The notes: a model not told the origin generated them from the sequence alone. A DNA stretch of 64,000 nt from an uncultured Nitrospiraceae bacterium (GCA_964592255.1 CAZQCI010000001.1:15885-79884); one strand, 5' to 3'; shown: positions 17,841-27,817, counted from the first letter of the stretch. Made by a program: numbers and translations.

Positions 17841-19763
17841 TTAATAGGGTAACTCCAGCATTCTATTTTCTAGCGGAGATAAACTAGTATCACGGCAATC
17901 TAAGTCTTCTGTACTGCAATAAAGGGAATAGGAAATTCCTTCTTCTAAGGAAATAATGTGAGCCTCCTGGTCGTCGTAAAGCCAAATGGGGCGTGACAAC
18001 CCTTCAAAGCTTACGTCCCTAAGAGATATTTGGATAGAACCCAGGTTCATCGCACTTGCGTAGATCATATAATCCAAATCAGTTGATAAAAAATCAGCAT
18101 CCGTCAGATGTAATTGAGTATCTATTCCATTAGCAACTAAATGGATGTCACTGTCTTCAAAATCAACATCGTCAATCCTCGTTACTCCACCCGTTATATC
18201 AGCGGCCTGTCCCTCCATACTCCAACCGTGAATTTCAATCTCACTGTCAGAAAGAGACACGGCACCTACTTGATCCCGAGAATCGTTATTACCATAAGCT
18301 TCCAACTCTTCTATGCTACCCTGGGACGCCACCATAGTTAAAGCAGTATTAAAGTCTCCGGAATAATTATCAATCAAAGTCAAACCGGAAATATCGACCA
18401 CACTGCCAGTGACGTAAAGTGCCCCGACAAAACTTGAGTTATTTCCCGAAAAAACCACATCATTCATCGTCAGATAAGAAGAGGATACCCTTAAGGCTCC
18501 AGAAGCCATACTCTTATTATCCTTCAAAATGACGTTATCCAAAGTAACCCGACTAGACATAGCCGAAAGTGCAGACCCACTATGACCAGACCTATCAAAG
18601 CCGCCAGTCATAGTTAAATTAGAGAGATGAACTTCGCCCCCTGAGACTTCGAGAATAGAACCTACATTGCCTCCCGAAATCACTGTTTGAGAAGGATCTT
18701 CACTTAAACCAAGAATAGAAAAGGATCTTTCAGAAACCGCATAATTTACAAGCGTGTAGGTACCTGGTTCCACGGAAATTGTACCGCCATCTTGAAGCCT
18801 GTCGAAGGCATCATCTAGCGTGGTCACATCAGCCCGAAATGAAGGCCCTACACGCACATTTTCTCTGAAAAAATTTTCATCTTCCGGATCATTCGATAGG
18901 GCTGGCAATAAAAGGTTATCGGAGTGACCAAAGCAAGAAATAACAGCCAACTGTTCATCGACAAAACCAGGATTGCAAGAATCGGGCGATATATAATCCA
19001 TGATATTGGGTTCCGGATGGAACACATTACCTTCGGCATCAACAACATCCTCATCACAAGTAATCACGCATTCATCATCAATGTCACAATAAGCCGCACC
19101 CGGATCCGCTTCGGTACCGCACAAATAATCTCCAGTATAATAACATTCCTCATCGGTTGAACACTCGTCGTCACTACGGGAAACCAGTTCATCCGTAAAA
19201 GGCAAAGATTCTTCTTCCAATTTATCATGTCGATCGGAGGATTGCTCCCCAAAGGTATGTTCTAATCCGAACTTATGGCCTAGTTCGTGGGACCAAGCCT
19301 TTTCACCGCTGCTTGTCGAAAGGAAAATAGCCAAAGAATTACTTAAAGACTGCCCTCCCCATTTGGTTATTTCGTCATTACGATTAACATCTCTGATTTT
19401 ATCGGTTAAAAAGATGTTAATGACGTCCGAATCACTATACTGCTTATCAATTTCTTTATTATTCTGTTTGTCTCCACCGATCCAGACAGTATCGGCCCAC
19501 GAGTTATTTTTGATCGAATCGATGTCAGTAACAATAAATTGTATGCCTGATTTGGCAAAGTCTTCGTTAACCTTTTGAATATATGCATAAATTTCTTCAG
19601 GGTCCAACCCTCCAACCCCTTGCTCATTGACAAGATTATGAATAGCTACACGATAGGTTGTGACTTCAGTAGGAGATTCAAAAGATTGAAGATAAGAAGG
19701 ATCCCAACATTCTTGGGTATCTTGATTGGAACAACCAGCAGTTAACAACAATAAGGGCAACAT
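17841..19763 (-). CDS. Lipoprotein with an N-terminal metzincin zinc-metalloprotease domain (M43/pappalysin-like) fused to a C-terminal right-handed parallel beta-helix (pectin-lyase-fold) region
   Basis: Lipobox LLLTAGCSN. Zinc motif HELGHKFGLEHTF (HExxHxxGxxH). Cys/Asp-rich linker. Repeated beta-helix turns (GGNVGSILEVSGGEVHLSNLTMTGG; SSFVGALYVTGSVVDISGLTLIDN). Confidence 0.6.
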   Translation of the reverse strand: MLPLLLLTAGCSNQDTQECWDPSYLQSFESPTEVTTYRVAIHNLVNEQGVGGLDPEEIYAYIQKVNEDFAKSGIQFIVTDIDSIKNNSWADTVWIGGDKQNNKEIDKQYSDSDVINIFLTDKIRDVNRNDEITKWGGQSLSNSLAIFLSTSSGEKAWSHELGHKFGLEHTFGEQSSDRHDKLEEESLPFTDELVSRSDDECSTDEECYYTGDYLCGTEADPGAAYCDIDDECVITCDEDVVDAEGNVFHPEPNIMDYISPDSCNPGFVDEQLAVISCFGHSDNLLLPALSNDPEDENFFRENVRVGPSFRADVTTLDDAFDRLQDGGTISVEPGTYTLVNYAVSERSFSILGLSEDPSQTVISGGNVGSILEVSGGEVHLSNLTMTGGFDRSGHSGSALSAMSSRVTLDNVILKDNKSMASGALRVSSSYLTMNDVVFSGNNSSFVGALYVTGSVVDISGLTLIDNYSGDFNTALTMVASQGSIEELEAYGNNDSRDQVGAVSLSDSEIEIHGWSMEGQAADITGGVTRIDDVDFEDSDIHLVANGIDTQLHLTDADFLSTDLDYMIYASAMNLGSIQISLRDVSFEGLSRPIWLYDDQEAHIISLEEGISYSLYCSTEDLDCRDTSLSPLENRMLELPY

Positions 19764-19977
19764 ATCGGTAAAAAATCAATACTTTCCGATAATTAGACCG
19801 ATTATGAGTAAGATTTGGGCCTAATCTCATCCTTATTATCGTCAAAATTATGAATTAAGTGCTTGTATAGACAAAAAAATGTTCACAGTTGTGAATGGCT
19901 TTATGAAAAGAAAAAACTCTGAATAGCAGAAGCAAATAGGACCTTGTAATGATAAGAAATGTCTTATAAAGAATTAG

Positions 19978-21132
19978 TTGATGAGCATAGCTAAAATTAT
20001 TGAAGTTAAAGGAAATTATTTTGAAATGGGACAATCTCAAGGCGCCCAGTTTCAAGGCATCTTCCCCGATATTATCCAGTCGTTAAAACAACTTGCTTTT
20101 CTTCCCTACAATTTCCAAAAAGCCATTCCCACTTTTTTGTACAAAATTTTCTTTCAAGAACAAGGAAAGATTTTCTCGCGACGACACCACACTTTACTCA
20201 CGGGGCCCCAACAAAAACTACAAGAGCGCTGGCAAGGTATTGCCCAAGGAATGAAAGAGCCCCCCTCTCTTGTTTATGGATTAGCTTGCTTAGAAATACT
20301 CACTTCCGAAATGCCCCATATTCCTCCATTAGCATGTACCTCCCTAGCTCTGTCTCCCAACATGACTCAAAATGGAGAACCTCTTCTGGCTTATAATCAT
20401 GATTTTCCAGAGTCATTTGGAAAACATCTATTATTACGCAAAAATTTTCCTCAAAATGGCTATACCTCCATCTCAATCACTTACCCTATTATGTTTGGTG
20501 CCATTGGAGGCATTAACGAAAAAGGATTAGCCATTACCATCAACCATGCTTTTGAAAAAAAGATTATTAAAGATAAAGCAGGTTTATTGGTTACCAGCTT
20601 ATTGCAAGACTGCCTCGACACATGCGCAACAACACGGGAAGCCGTGGAAAAAATCTGCAACACCCCTGTCACTAACGGATCGATGCTTACGGTGATGGAT
20701 GCTAGTGGCCATCATGAGGTTGTGGAAGTTTCCAGCCAAAAAAATATTTTGAGAGAAAATAAGAAAAACCACTCGATCACTTTCAATAAATACAGAATTC
20801 CAGAAATGGAATCTTTGGAACTCCCCTTAGACACAGCCGGCGCTGGGGTTTTGAAAGGAAGACTCGTTCATGAAGCGACTATAGAAAGAGAAAAACGATT
20901 TGAAGAAATGTTTAATGAGCACAAAAATCTTTCAATGGAGGACATAACCAAAATTTTTTCAGACCACAAAGGAGGGTCTGGAGACTTAGGGACTCTTTGT
21001 CGACATCACCCTAAAACTTCCAGCACTTTGGGCTCTGCCCTCTTCTTTCCTCAACAAAGAAAAATGAAAATGATTTTTGGAAAAACCTGTAGCCAAAACT
21101 ACCAAGAATTCTCTCTTACCACCCCAACTTAA
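19978..21132 (+). CDS. Peptidase C45 family protein (acyl-CoA:6-aminopenicillanic-acid acyltransferase-like, Ntn-hydrolase fold)
   Basis: The N-terminus (IIEVKGNYFEMGQSQGAQF) resembles the C45 start. The candidate nucleophile Cys is in PLACTSLALSP, followed by NHDF. 384 aa. Confidence 0.5.
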   Translation: MMSIAKIIEVKGNYFEMGQSQGAQFQGIFPDIIQSLKQLAFLPYNFQKAIPTFLYKIFFQEQGKIFSRRHHTLLTGPQQKLQERWQGIAQGMKEPPSLVYGLACLEILTSEMPHIPPLACTSLALSPNMTQNGEPLLAYNHDFPESFGKHLLLRKNFPQNGYTSISITYPIMFGAIGGINEKGLAITINHAFEKKIIKDKAGLLVTSLLQDCLDTCATTREAVEKICNTPVTNGSMLTVMDASGHHEVVEVSSQKNILRENKKNHSITFNKYRIPEMESLELPLDTAGAGVLKGRLVHEATIEREKRFEEMFNEHKNLSMEDITKIFSDHKGGSGDLGTLCRHHPKTSSTLGSALFFPQQRKMKMIFGKTCSQNYQEFSLTTPT

Positions 21133-21874
21133 TGTGGCGCTTCCGTTCACTAAAGAGAGACATCCAAGCCTTAAAAACCTGTTCGCCATGACTCATCAAA
21201 CCAGAAATAAACTGAGGCGTTTGGTCGCGTATGACTTGTGGATTAATTTTATCCTTTAAAAACTCTAACTCTTCCTGATTATTTTCAATGGTCAGCCAAC
21301 GATAAATCATGGCTTCATCCACTTCCAAGTGAAACTGGAGAGCATACGCTTTATCTCCATATTTAAAGGCTTGATTGCGGCACAAGGGAGAGCTGGCTAA
21401 AGCAGTAGCTCCCTTCGGGATATCAAAAGTATCTCCATGCCATTGAAAAACAGGAAACAAAGAAGAGTGTTGAGGCGCTAAATATTGAAGTAAAGAGTCC
21501 GTGCGCCCTTGATCGTTAAGCTCCAAAGGGTACCAACCAATTTCTTTTTCAGGATTAGCCGTCACCGATGCACCTAAAGCCCGTGCCATCAATTGGGCCC
21601 CCAAGCAAATACCTAAAACCGGTTTATTTTGATCGATGGCTTTGCGGATCAGTTCCACTTCGTAAGCTAAGTTGGGATATTTCTCCACCTCATCACAATT
21701 CATCGGGCCACCCAGCACAACCAAACCATCATAGTCTTCCATCAAAGGCCTGGCATGGGGATGACGACCAAAATTAACATAACGAATGCGAAACCCATTG
21801 CGCTTTAAAAGAGGGTTTAACGTTCCTAAAAGCTCGTAGGCCACATGCTGACAAATGAGTATTTTACGAGACAT
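21116..21874 (-). CDS. Class I glutamine amidotransferase-like protein (GATase1, GMP-synthase-like domain)
   Basis: Catalytic Cys motif GICLGAQLMA. His/Glu triad region (FQWHGDTF…QFHLEVD). 252 aa. Confidence 0.8.
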   Translation of the reverse strand: MSRKILICQHVAYELLGTLNPLLKRNGFRIRYVNFGRHPHARPLMEDYDGLVVLGGPMNCDEVEKYPNLAYEVELIRKAIDQNKPVLGICLGAQLMARALGASVTANPEKEIGWYPLELNDQGRTDSLLQYLAPQHSSLFPVFQWHGDTFDIPKGATALASSPLCRNQAFKYGDKAYALQFHLEVDEAMIYRWLTIENNQEELEFLKDKINPQVIRDQTPQFISGLMSHGEQVFKAWMSLFSERKRHIKLGW

Positions 21875-21958
21875 GTTTGTAAATTTTTAACACTCACTAG
21901 AACCCACCACAACTTCTTTTATTGCCCCTGGTACCAAGAGACGTTATAGTTTTACACA

Positions 21959-23077
21959 ATGAAAAAATCGATTGTCCAAGCAATAGGCCTCGGGATTTTT
22001 TTAACGGTGCTCGTCATCATGATGCTGTATTATGTTGAAACAGCTCCAAACTATGCCGACACTCTCAAACAAGCCCCTCATTTAACTGAAGGAAAAAAAC
22101 CTCAAGCCGGCTTTACTGGCCCCCTAGCCATACGTGGCCACTTAACAACAGACAAACCTGCATTTGACCCTGATTATCTTCCGTTTCCAAACACAGAACA
22201 CAAACAATACGCCATACTTAAGCGCTCTGCCGAAATGTATGTATGGCATCAATCCAGCCAAAACTCTGCCCGCACAACTCCACAACATGTAGAAGATTAT
22301 CATTATCAAGCTGGATGGGATCGTTACATTCCTGTTTCTTCTTCTTTTTTCGTTCGTGAAGGACATACAAACCCCGAAAAATGGCCCACCCCTCCCTTAG
22401 CCATCTTTGTTGCCGAAGGCCTTAAAATTTCAGGGATCCCCATCTCAATGGGGCAAAACCAAAAAAATGCCCTTAGCCCATCGCAATGGCAGCCATTAAC
22501 ATTATCTTCCAAGATGCTCCCAGAAAAGGAAGGAAATGAAGATCCTCTTCTCACTGTGAGCCCCGATTCTAAAACTCTTTATTACACCCAAAAACAATGG
22601 GATGGGACAGACAGCTCGCTCACTATTGGAGATATGCGCTTCAGCTATGAAGGGCTGGAAATAAAAAACTCTCTAGTGGTTCTAGGTAATTGGGATGGAG
22701 CAACACTTTCCCCTATTTGCAAATCAAAATTTTATCCTTGTTTTTTAGGTATTTATGAAGGAGATTTTCAAGCATTTTCTAATCAACTTAATCAAAACTA
22801 TCATGCCCTTCGTTATGCAGCCCGTATCTTTAGCGCCCTCGTCTTATGGCTAGCTTTTTATCTGATACTCAAACCTTTTTTCCATATCTTGCAGGTCATC
22901 CCCTTTTTCGGCAGTTTTTTACGCATTGGCCTAGGCATACTATGCTTAGCCGCCTCCATCATCAGCGTGGCCATGATGTCCCTTTTCTTTAATTTCTTTT
23001 GGGTGATTTTAGTTGTGGTCTTAAGCGCTACGCTAATTCCTTTTTTCAGAAAAAAAGAACCTACTTCCAATTTTTAA
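21959..23077 (+). CDS. Hypothetical membrane protein (N-terminal TM anchor, large extracytoplasmic domain, C-terminal TM hairpins)
   Basis: TM MKKSIVQAIGLGIFLTVLVIMMLYYV. C-terminal hydrophobic block LAFYLILKPFF…ISVAMMSLFFNFFWVILVVVLSATLIPFF. No catalytic motif recognised. Confidence 0.45.
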   Translation: MKKSIVQAIGLGIFLTVLVIMMLYYVETAPNYADTLKQAPHLTEGKKPQAGFTGPLAIRGHLTTDKPAFDPDYLPFPNTEHKQYAILKRSAEMYVWHQSSQNSARTTPQHVEDYHYQAGWDRYIPVSSSFFVREGHTNPEKWPTPPLAIFVAEGLKISGIPISMGQNQKNALSPSQWQPLTLSSKMLPEKEGNEDPLLTVSPDSKTLYYTQKQWDGTDSSLTIGDMRFSYEGLEIKNSLVVLGNWDGATLSPICKSKFYPCFLGIYEGDFQAFSNQLNQNYHALRYAARIFSALVLWLAFYLILKPFFHILQVIPFFGSFLRIGLGILCLAASIISVAMMSLFFNFFWVILVVVLSATLIPFFRKKEPTSNF

Positions 23078-24293
23078 GCAACATCTCTTGGACCACGTAT
23101 TGAGAGCCTTTAGTATCCACACCAACATTAACGCTATCGGAATGATTATCTTTATTCACGTAAGCTTGGTAGATAGTAGCCGTTTTAGCATCAGCTTTGA
23201 CAATCACATTCAATCGCAAAACAGAGGTGTCATTATTATACCAGCCCACTTGAGCCGAACTCCAACGCCAGATACTATCACGCACCCAAGTTTTATTAGG
23301 AAAACGCACTCCTAAAACATCGTCTTTGGGATATTTCTTTTTCCAAGCTTTAAGAACAGCATCAGCAATTTCAGCTTTGTCTTTCTCGGCATAAACATCT
23401 TTAGGCGCCTCTGTGCCCGCCAATAATTCTTCCTTAAGTCCTTTTTTGACAGTGTCTAATTCTTTACGAGCTGCCACGAGCGAGGATTGCAATGACTTTG
23501 CAGCTTCCTTAGCCGTTCCATAATCCATAGTTGTCAAATGATCGATATAACTTTGTACTTGCTCCAAATTATTTTCAGACTGCCTAAACATCGCCACTTG
23601 TTTTTTAGCTAATGCTTGCTGAGCACGAGTAGAAGCTTCTTTTACAAGTGTTGGACCTTTGGACTGAGCCTCTTTAATCAACTCTTCTCTCTTGGCTAAA
23701 TAGCCTTGCATGGCCTTAACAGCAGCAGCATGGGCCTTTTGAATCTTAGCGCCTTCTGCAGAGCCCATTTTTATAAGAACCGCATAAGTCTTGAGCACTT
23801 CGTTGACAAAGGCTGCATTGGTTTTTAAATCATCTTCCAACATTTTCATGCTGGAGACATTCAGGTTAACCAAGTTACCGTTCACAACATACGCTTTTGC
23901 AAAACCTTCAATCTTTTGCAAATCGGCATTATAATTTTTATAACTGGAAACATCCGCCTGTTTTTCAGCGGAAGCTTTTTTATCAGAAAACTGTTTCTTC
24001 AAATCTTCAAGGCGCTTAACAAAACTAGCATGACGCTTATACCAATCCGAGACAGTCGCCTCTGTTTTAGGGCAACCATTTTTTTCAATATCAGAAGCAT
24101 ACGCGGCTAATTGTTTTAAAAATTCATCGGCTTTAGCTATAAATGCTGTCAATTGTACAGGAGCTAAAACCGCTTGTTTAATTTTTGCAGCATCAATACC
24201 CTTGTATTCGGTTTCAAAAACCTTCTTTTCAAAGCTATCTAAATTACTATTCTGACGTTTAAGGGCTTGTTGTTGAGTAGGAGTAAGAGCCAT
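23061..24293 (-). CDS. Hypothetical protein, Lys/Ala-rich and alpha-helical (coiled-coil-like), with a C-terminal beta-rich module
   Basis: 410 aa with no signal peptide. Heptad-like KxxAxK-rich sequence for about 300 aa. C-terminal WVRDSIWRWSSAQVGWYNNDTSVLRLNVIV… block. Its 3' end overlaps the upstream gene by 17 nt. Confidence 0.45.
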   Translation of the reverse strand: MALTPTQQQALKRQNSNLDSFEKKVFETEYKGIDAAKIKQAVLAPVQLTAFIAKADEFLKQLAAYASDIEKNGCPKTEATVSDWYKRHASFVKRLEDLKKQFSDKKASAEKQADVSSYKNYNADLQKIEGFAKAYVVNGNLVNLNVSSMKMLEDDLKTNAAFVNEVLKTYAVLIKMGSAEGAKIQKAHAAAVKAMQGYLAKREELIKEAQSKGPTLVKEASTRAQQALAKKQVAMFRQSENNLEQVQSYIDHLTTMDYGTAKEAAKSLQSSLVAARKELDTVKKGLKEELLAGTEAPKDVYAEKDKAEIADAVLKAWKKKYPKDDVLGVRFPNKTWVRDSIWRWSSAQVGWYNNDTSVLRLNVIVKADAKTATIYQAYVNKDNHSDSVNVGVDTKGSQYVVQEMLLKNWK

Positions 24294-24338
24294 GACTATC
24301 CTTTACAGTTTATAAAGATTTGTTTAATATCTTACCTT

Positions 24339-24842
24339 ATGAAACTACACGACCTGCTTCAACTTTTATACAAATTTATCCCCAAAGGCAAGATACAAAC
24401 TTTTTTTTACAGGTTTGTTAGAAAACAAATTAATATTTTGCTCGTTCCACCCGAAGCGGCTGGAGTGGAATTGATCAATCAATTATTTTCTACCTTACAA
24501 ATGAGTGACCCCCAGCAACGGGAAGCCGCCCTACTTCAACTGGTACATGCCAGTCTCATTTATCAAGATAAAACAGGACCCACCCTTGATAGAAGTATTA
24601 AAGAATTTTCTTACAAGCGCGCTTTAAAAAGTTACGGAGTCTACCAGCTTCCTATTAAAGTAACTGAAGTACATCGTGGTCAACGGATGGCTGTTGGCTT
24701 TCAAAAAACGGGGCAATCTGGCCGCATCGACAAATACTTCATCGCCAAAAAATTTGGCATAAAAGGCCCTCCAGCTCCCATTGATATTTTCTTTCCGGAT
24801 AATGGAGAACCCCCACGGCTGATTAATTTTGGTAGCCTGTAA
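24339..24842 (+). CDS. Hypothetical protein
   Basis: ORF track 24267..24842. Start trimmed to ATG 24339 (MKLHDLLQL…) to avoid a 27-nt overlap with the divergent gene. No motifs recognised. Confidence 0.3.
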   Translation: MKLHDLLQLLYKFIPKGKIQTFFYRFVRKQINILLVPPEAAGVELINQLFSTLQMSDPQQREAALLQLVHASLIYQDKTGPTLDRSIKEFSYKRALKSYGVYQLPIKVTEVHRGQRMAVGFQKTGQSGRIDKYFIAKKFGIKGPPAPIDIFFPDNGEPPRLINFGSL

Positions 24843-24932
24843 CTACCCTAAAAATAAAAAAATCGTACATTAAATTGTAATTACAGAAAAACTCCCCCTA
24901 ACCCGAAAAATAGGAGGCAACTTTCCCTCAAC

Positions 24933-26531
24933 TTGGCCGATAAATACTATATGATTGTTAAAGTGGTCCAGTCGCCAATACCGACAACTGAAAAAAATAC
25001 CATTGCTTTTCTCGAATTCCTCAAAAAAAACCATATCGGTAATAATGGTGACGACATTTTCACCGCACAAGAAATTCGGGATGTTTTTGTGGTTGAAGGC
25101 ATTCCCGAAGCCTCTTTCGAAACGTGGGCTTATCTGTTTAAAGAAGGGGTCTTGGCCTTTCATGCCGTGGATGAACACAAAATTATAAGACAAGCTCGTT
25201 CGGCTTACAATTATATCCAAAAAAACCACGCCGTCCTTTTACAAAGAGCACCAACAACACCGGAACATACGGTAACAGCCCATACAAAAGTCACAACTCG
25301 AGAAGGGAGTACACTTTATCTCTACCAGCCTTTAGCAGCAGGTTCATTTTTCTACGCTTTAGACTCAGAAGGAAAAATTATTAAGGAAATTGTTAAAGTA
25401 CCCCCAGGTTCACAGCGCCATAGTTATAGCGGATACACACCCAGTAGCGCAGTTATGGCCGAAGAGGAAATGGCAACGCGTTCTTTCCATCTATCTCTAG
25501 ATACGCTTGCCCCCTTAGCGTCTAAAATACTATTTTTTTCCGGAATGGAAGAAGACGACCATCACGGCAACCTATGCAATTACCTGCTTTTATCTTTTGA
25601 TTCTCCAATGGAACATCTTAGTGATAGTTGGCAAACCGGTTTACTCCTAGACAGTGAGGAGGTTGGCGCAAGCCTCGATCCTCATTGCAATTACCAGGAT
25701 TATGTAATACCTTCTTCAACAGCAGGCATAGACGCTGATTCCATCGGAGAAGGATCCCACCAAGTAACCCTAAAGTTTCAAAATGAATTGGGAGGAACAA
25801 CAACGGCAACAGGAATACTGAATGTCAAACGAGCAATGATAGCCATAGACAATGCCAGCACCCCTCTTTTTATTTATAATAATAGGCCCGACACTACTCA
25901 GGATGAAGCTGCCATCCAGATGACGGAAAGGCTTCTTCGAGAATCCCTTCAGTGTGGCATTCGCATCAAAGGATTTAGCCTTTTCCTGAACTTAGGGAGC
26001 CCTCTACAAAGTATCGTAGATTCCAATACCGGCATGGTCAACATGCCCGTCACAACCGAAACAGAAAATTGGGAGCAAAATTTCAAAGATATTTATTATC
26101 ATGAAGTGGAAGGACATTCTGCCTTCGATACCATTCCCAACGATGTTTTTATCAAATTCAACACTCTGTATAAGCAACTTGTTACCTTAGATAAAAAAGG
26201 CTCCTCTTTTAGTCCAATACCCGAATTAGCAACCTACAACACACCAGACAGCCATGAGTACACGGGACTCAAAAGCCATATGACCCATTCGTTTGATGTC
26301 TCTTACGATATAGACAATTGTGCTCTTGCTGTTTTTCAAGACGAGATCTATACAGGAATACCCAATGCCGGACACCCTTGGGACAGCAACCATGAACTTT
26401 TTGCCAGCACCCGCGCCATCATCCGACGAGGAGACAAAGATAAGCTGATTGCTAACATCAACAAAGAATTATCTGGATCAGCTCAAGAATTAGCTCTTCA
26501 GGTCATCGACACTGTCGAACAAACAATGTAG
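24933..26531 (+). CDS. Hypothetical cytoplasmic protein (532 aa, no recognisable domain)
   Basis: Long ORF with coding-like composition and no signal peptide. It contains HEVEGH, which is HExxxH and not a canonical zincin motif. Confidence 0.45.
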   Translation: MADKYYMIVKVVQSPIPTTEKNTIAFLEFLKKNHIGNNGDDIFTAQEIRDVFVVEGIPEASFETWAYLFKEGVLAFHAVDEHKIIRQARSAYNYIQKNHAVLLQRAPTTPEHTVTAHTKVTTREGSTLYLYQPLAAGSFFYALDSEGKIIKEIVKVPPGSQRHSYSGYTPSSAVMAEEEMATRSFHLSLDTLAPLASKILFFSGMEEDDHHGNLCNYLLLSFDSPMEHLSDSWQTGLLLDSEEVGASLDPHCNYQDYVIPSSTAGIDADSIGEGSHQVTLKFQNELGGTTTATGILNVKRAMIAIDNASTPLFIYNNRPDTTQDEAAIQMTERLLRESLQCGIRIKGFSLFLNLGSPLQSIVDSNTGMVNMPVTTETENWEQNFKDIYYHEVEGHSAFDTIPNDVFIKFNTLYKQLVTLDKKGSSFSPIPELATYNTPDSHEYTGLKSHMTHSFDVSYDIDNCALAVFQDEIYTGIPNAGHPWDSNHELFASTRAIIRRGDKDKLIANINKELSGSAQELALQVIDTVEQTM

Positions 26532-26598
26532 AATTTTTAGTCTTCCCTTCATTAAAAAATTCAATTAAAAATATATCACACAACCGAAAGGAAAAACT

Positions 26599-27207
26599 AT
26601 GCTTAAACTTTATTTTGCCCCTGGTGCTTGTTCGCTGGCTCCCCACATTATTTTGGAAGAAGTCAAAGTACCTTACGAATTAATACGAGTTGATTTAAAA
26701 AATAAGACATATGGATCGGAGAACTATCTTAAGGTTAATCCCAAAGGCAGCGTCCCTGCCCTGCAACTTAAAGATGGAAAAGTTCTCACCGAAACAGTGG
26801 CCATCCTTCAATTTTTAGCCGATCAAAAACCGGAAGCTCGATTAGTGCCTACTGCTGGAAGTTGGGAGAAATACCAAGAGTTAGAATGGCTCAACTTCAT
26901 TTCCACCGAAGTACACAAAGGTTTTAGCCCTCTTTGGAAGGCCGATAACTCGGAAGAAATAAAAGCAAAAGCCAAAAAAGTTTTAGATCAAAAGCTTAAT
27001 CTCCTGGAAGCTCATTTGCAGAAACATGATTTTCTGATGGGGAAAAACTTCAGCGTTGCGGATGCCTACTTATTCACGGTTCTCAATTGGTCCACTTTCT
27101 TAAAAATAGACATGTCCGGATGGGCGGCCTTAGTTAAATATATGGACCGCATCAAAACAAGGCCCGCCACACTAGCTGCCCTTCAAGCTGAAGGGTTACT
27201 TAAATAA
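26599..27207 (+). CDS. Glutathione S-transferase (beta/GstA-like class)
   Basis: N-terminal thioredoxin-like GST motif MLKLYFAPGACSLAPHIILEE. The SVPAL region is conserved in GST N-domains. C-terminal helical domain. 202 aa. Confidence 0.85.
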   Translation: MLKLYFAPGACSLAPHIILEEVKVPYELIRVDLKNKTYGSENYLKVNPKGSVPALQLKDGKVLTETVAILQFLADQKPEARLVPTAGSWEKYQELEWLNFISTEVHKGFSPLWKADNSEEIKAKAKKVLDQKLNLLEAHLQKHDFLMGKNFSVADAYLFTVLNWSTFLKIDMSGWAALVKYMDRIKTRPATLAALQAEGLLK

Positions 27208-27262
27208 ATGAAGAACTCCGTCACAAGTGGTGGGGAATAAAACCCCCTCTGGGGATTCAAAA

Positions 27263-27751
27263 CTATTTAGGAATCTCCAACTCTAGAATAACGGCGTCTT
27301 TTAACTTCTTAAGAGCCTGTGCGACTTCAACCATTTGCTGATAAGAATAAAAGGATCCATCTAACCTTGTAAGCTCTTCGTTTTTATTATCGTAAAAAGC
27401 CAATGCGGAAATAGTTCTTCTACGAATAAAAACAGTACGGTATTGCACTCTGTGCAGGTCTAACAAAGAAAACTTTTTTACAACAAAGGGATGATGTACC
27501 TCAGCGGTCATATTTGAAAACACAACAATCTTCATTTTCGCAAATCGTTTTTTTAAAAAAATCAAAAGCGCCGCAGGAAAAGCACAACCGATATAGAACA
27601 ACCATAAAATCGGATACTCTCCAACATTTTTAATAGTTGTGGCAAACAACATAAAATCGATAAAACCAAAAACAGAGACCACAGCCCAATACAAGCAGCC
27701 TGGAAAAGGATATTGACGAATAGGCTTTACTTCTAAAACAACATTTTGCAT
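27263..27751 (-). CDS. Hypothetical membrane protein (two TM helices plus a C-terminal soluble domain; YcxB/bacterial PH-like arrangement)
   Basis: Two hydrophobic helices (YWAVVSVFGFIDFMLFATTI; ILWLFYIGCAFPAALLIFL), then a charged C-terminal domain. Confidence 0.4.
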   Translation of the reverse strand: MQNVVLEVKPIRQYPFPGCLYWAVVSVFGFIDFMLFATTIKNVGEYPILWLFYIGCAFPAALLIFLKKRFAKMKIVVFSNMTAEVHHPFVVKKFSLLDLHRVQYRTVFIRRRTISALAFYDNKNEELTRLDGSFYSYQQMVEVAQALKKLKDAVILELEIPK

Positions 27752-27817
27752 TTTTATCTCCTTAAAAATAAAAACAATCTAGACAATGTAACTTTTTTTT
27801 TATAAAAACTGCATACT

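Noticed and set aside
24267-24338. Longer start (24267) for the hypothetical gene, overlapping the divergent 23061..24293 gene
   Set aside because: A divergent head-to-head overlap of 27 nt is unlikely. The internal ATG at 24339 was preferred, though neither start has a strong RBS.
25990-26110. HEVEGH in the 532-aa hypothetical protein as a zinc-protease motif
   Set aside because: The spacing is HExxxH, not HExxH. There is no downstream third ligand pattern. It is treated as fortuitous.
27231-27254. GGGG-AATAAAA-CCCC / CCCC-TCT-GGGG mini-hairpins between the convergent GST gene and the 27263..27751 gene
   Set aside because: The 4-bp G/C stems are too short to call a terminator confidently. 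They are noted only as a possible weak bidirectional terminator.
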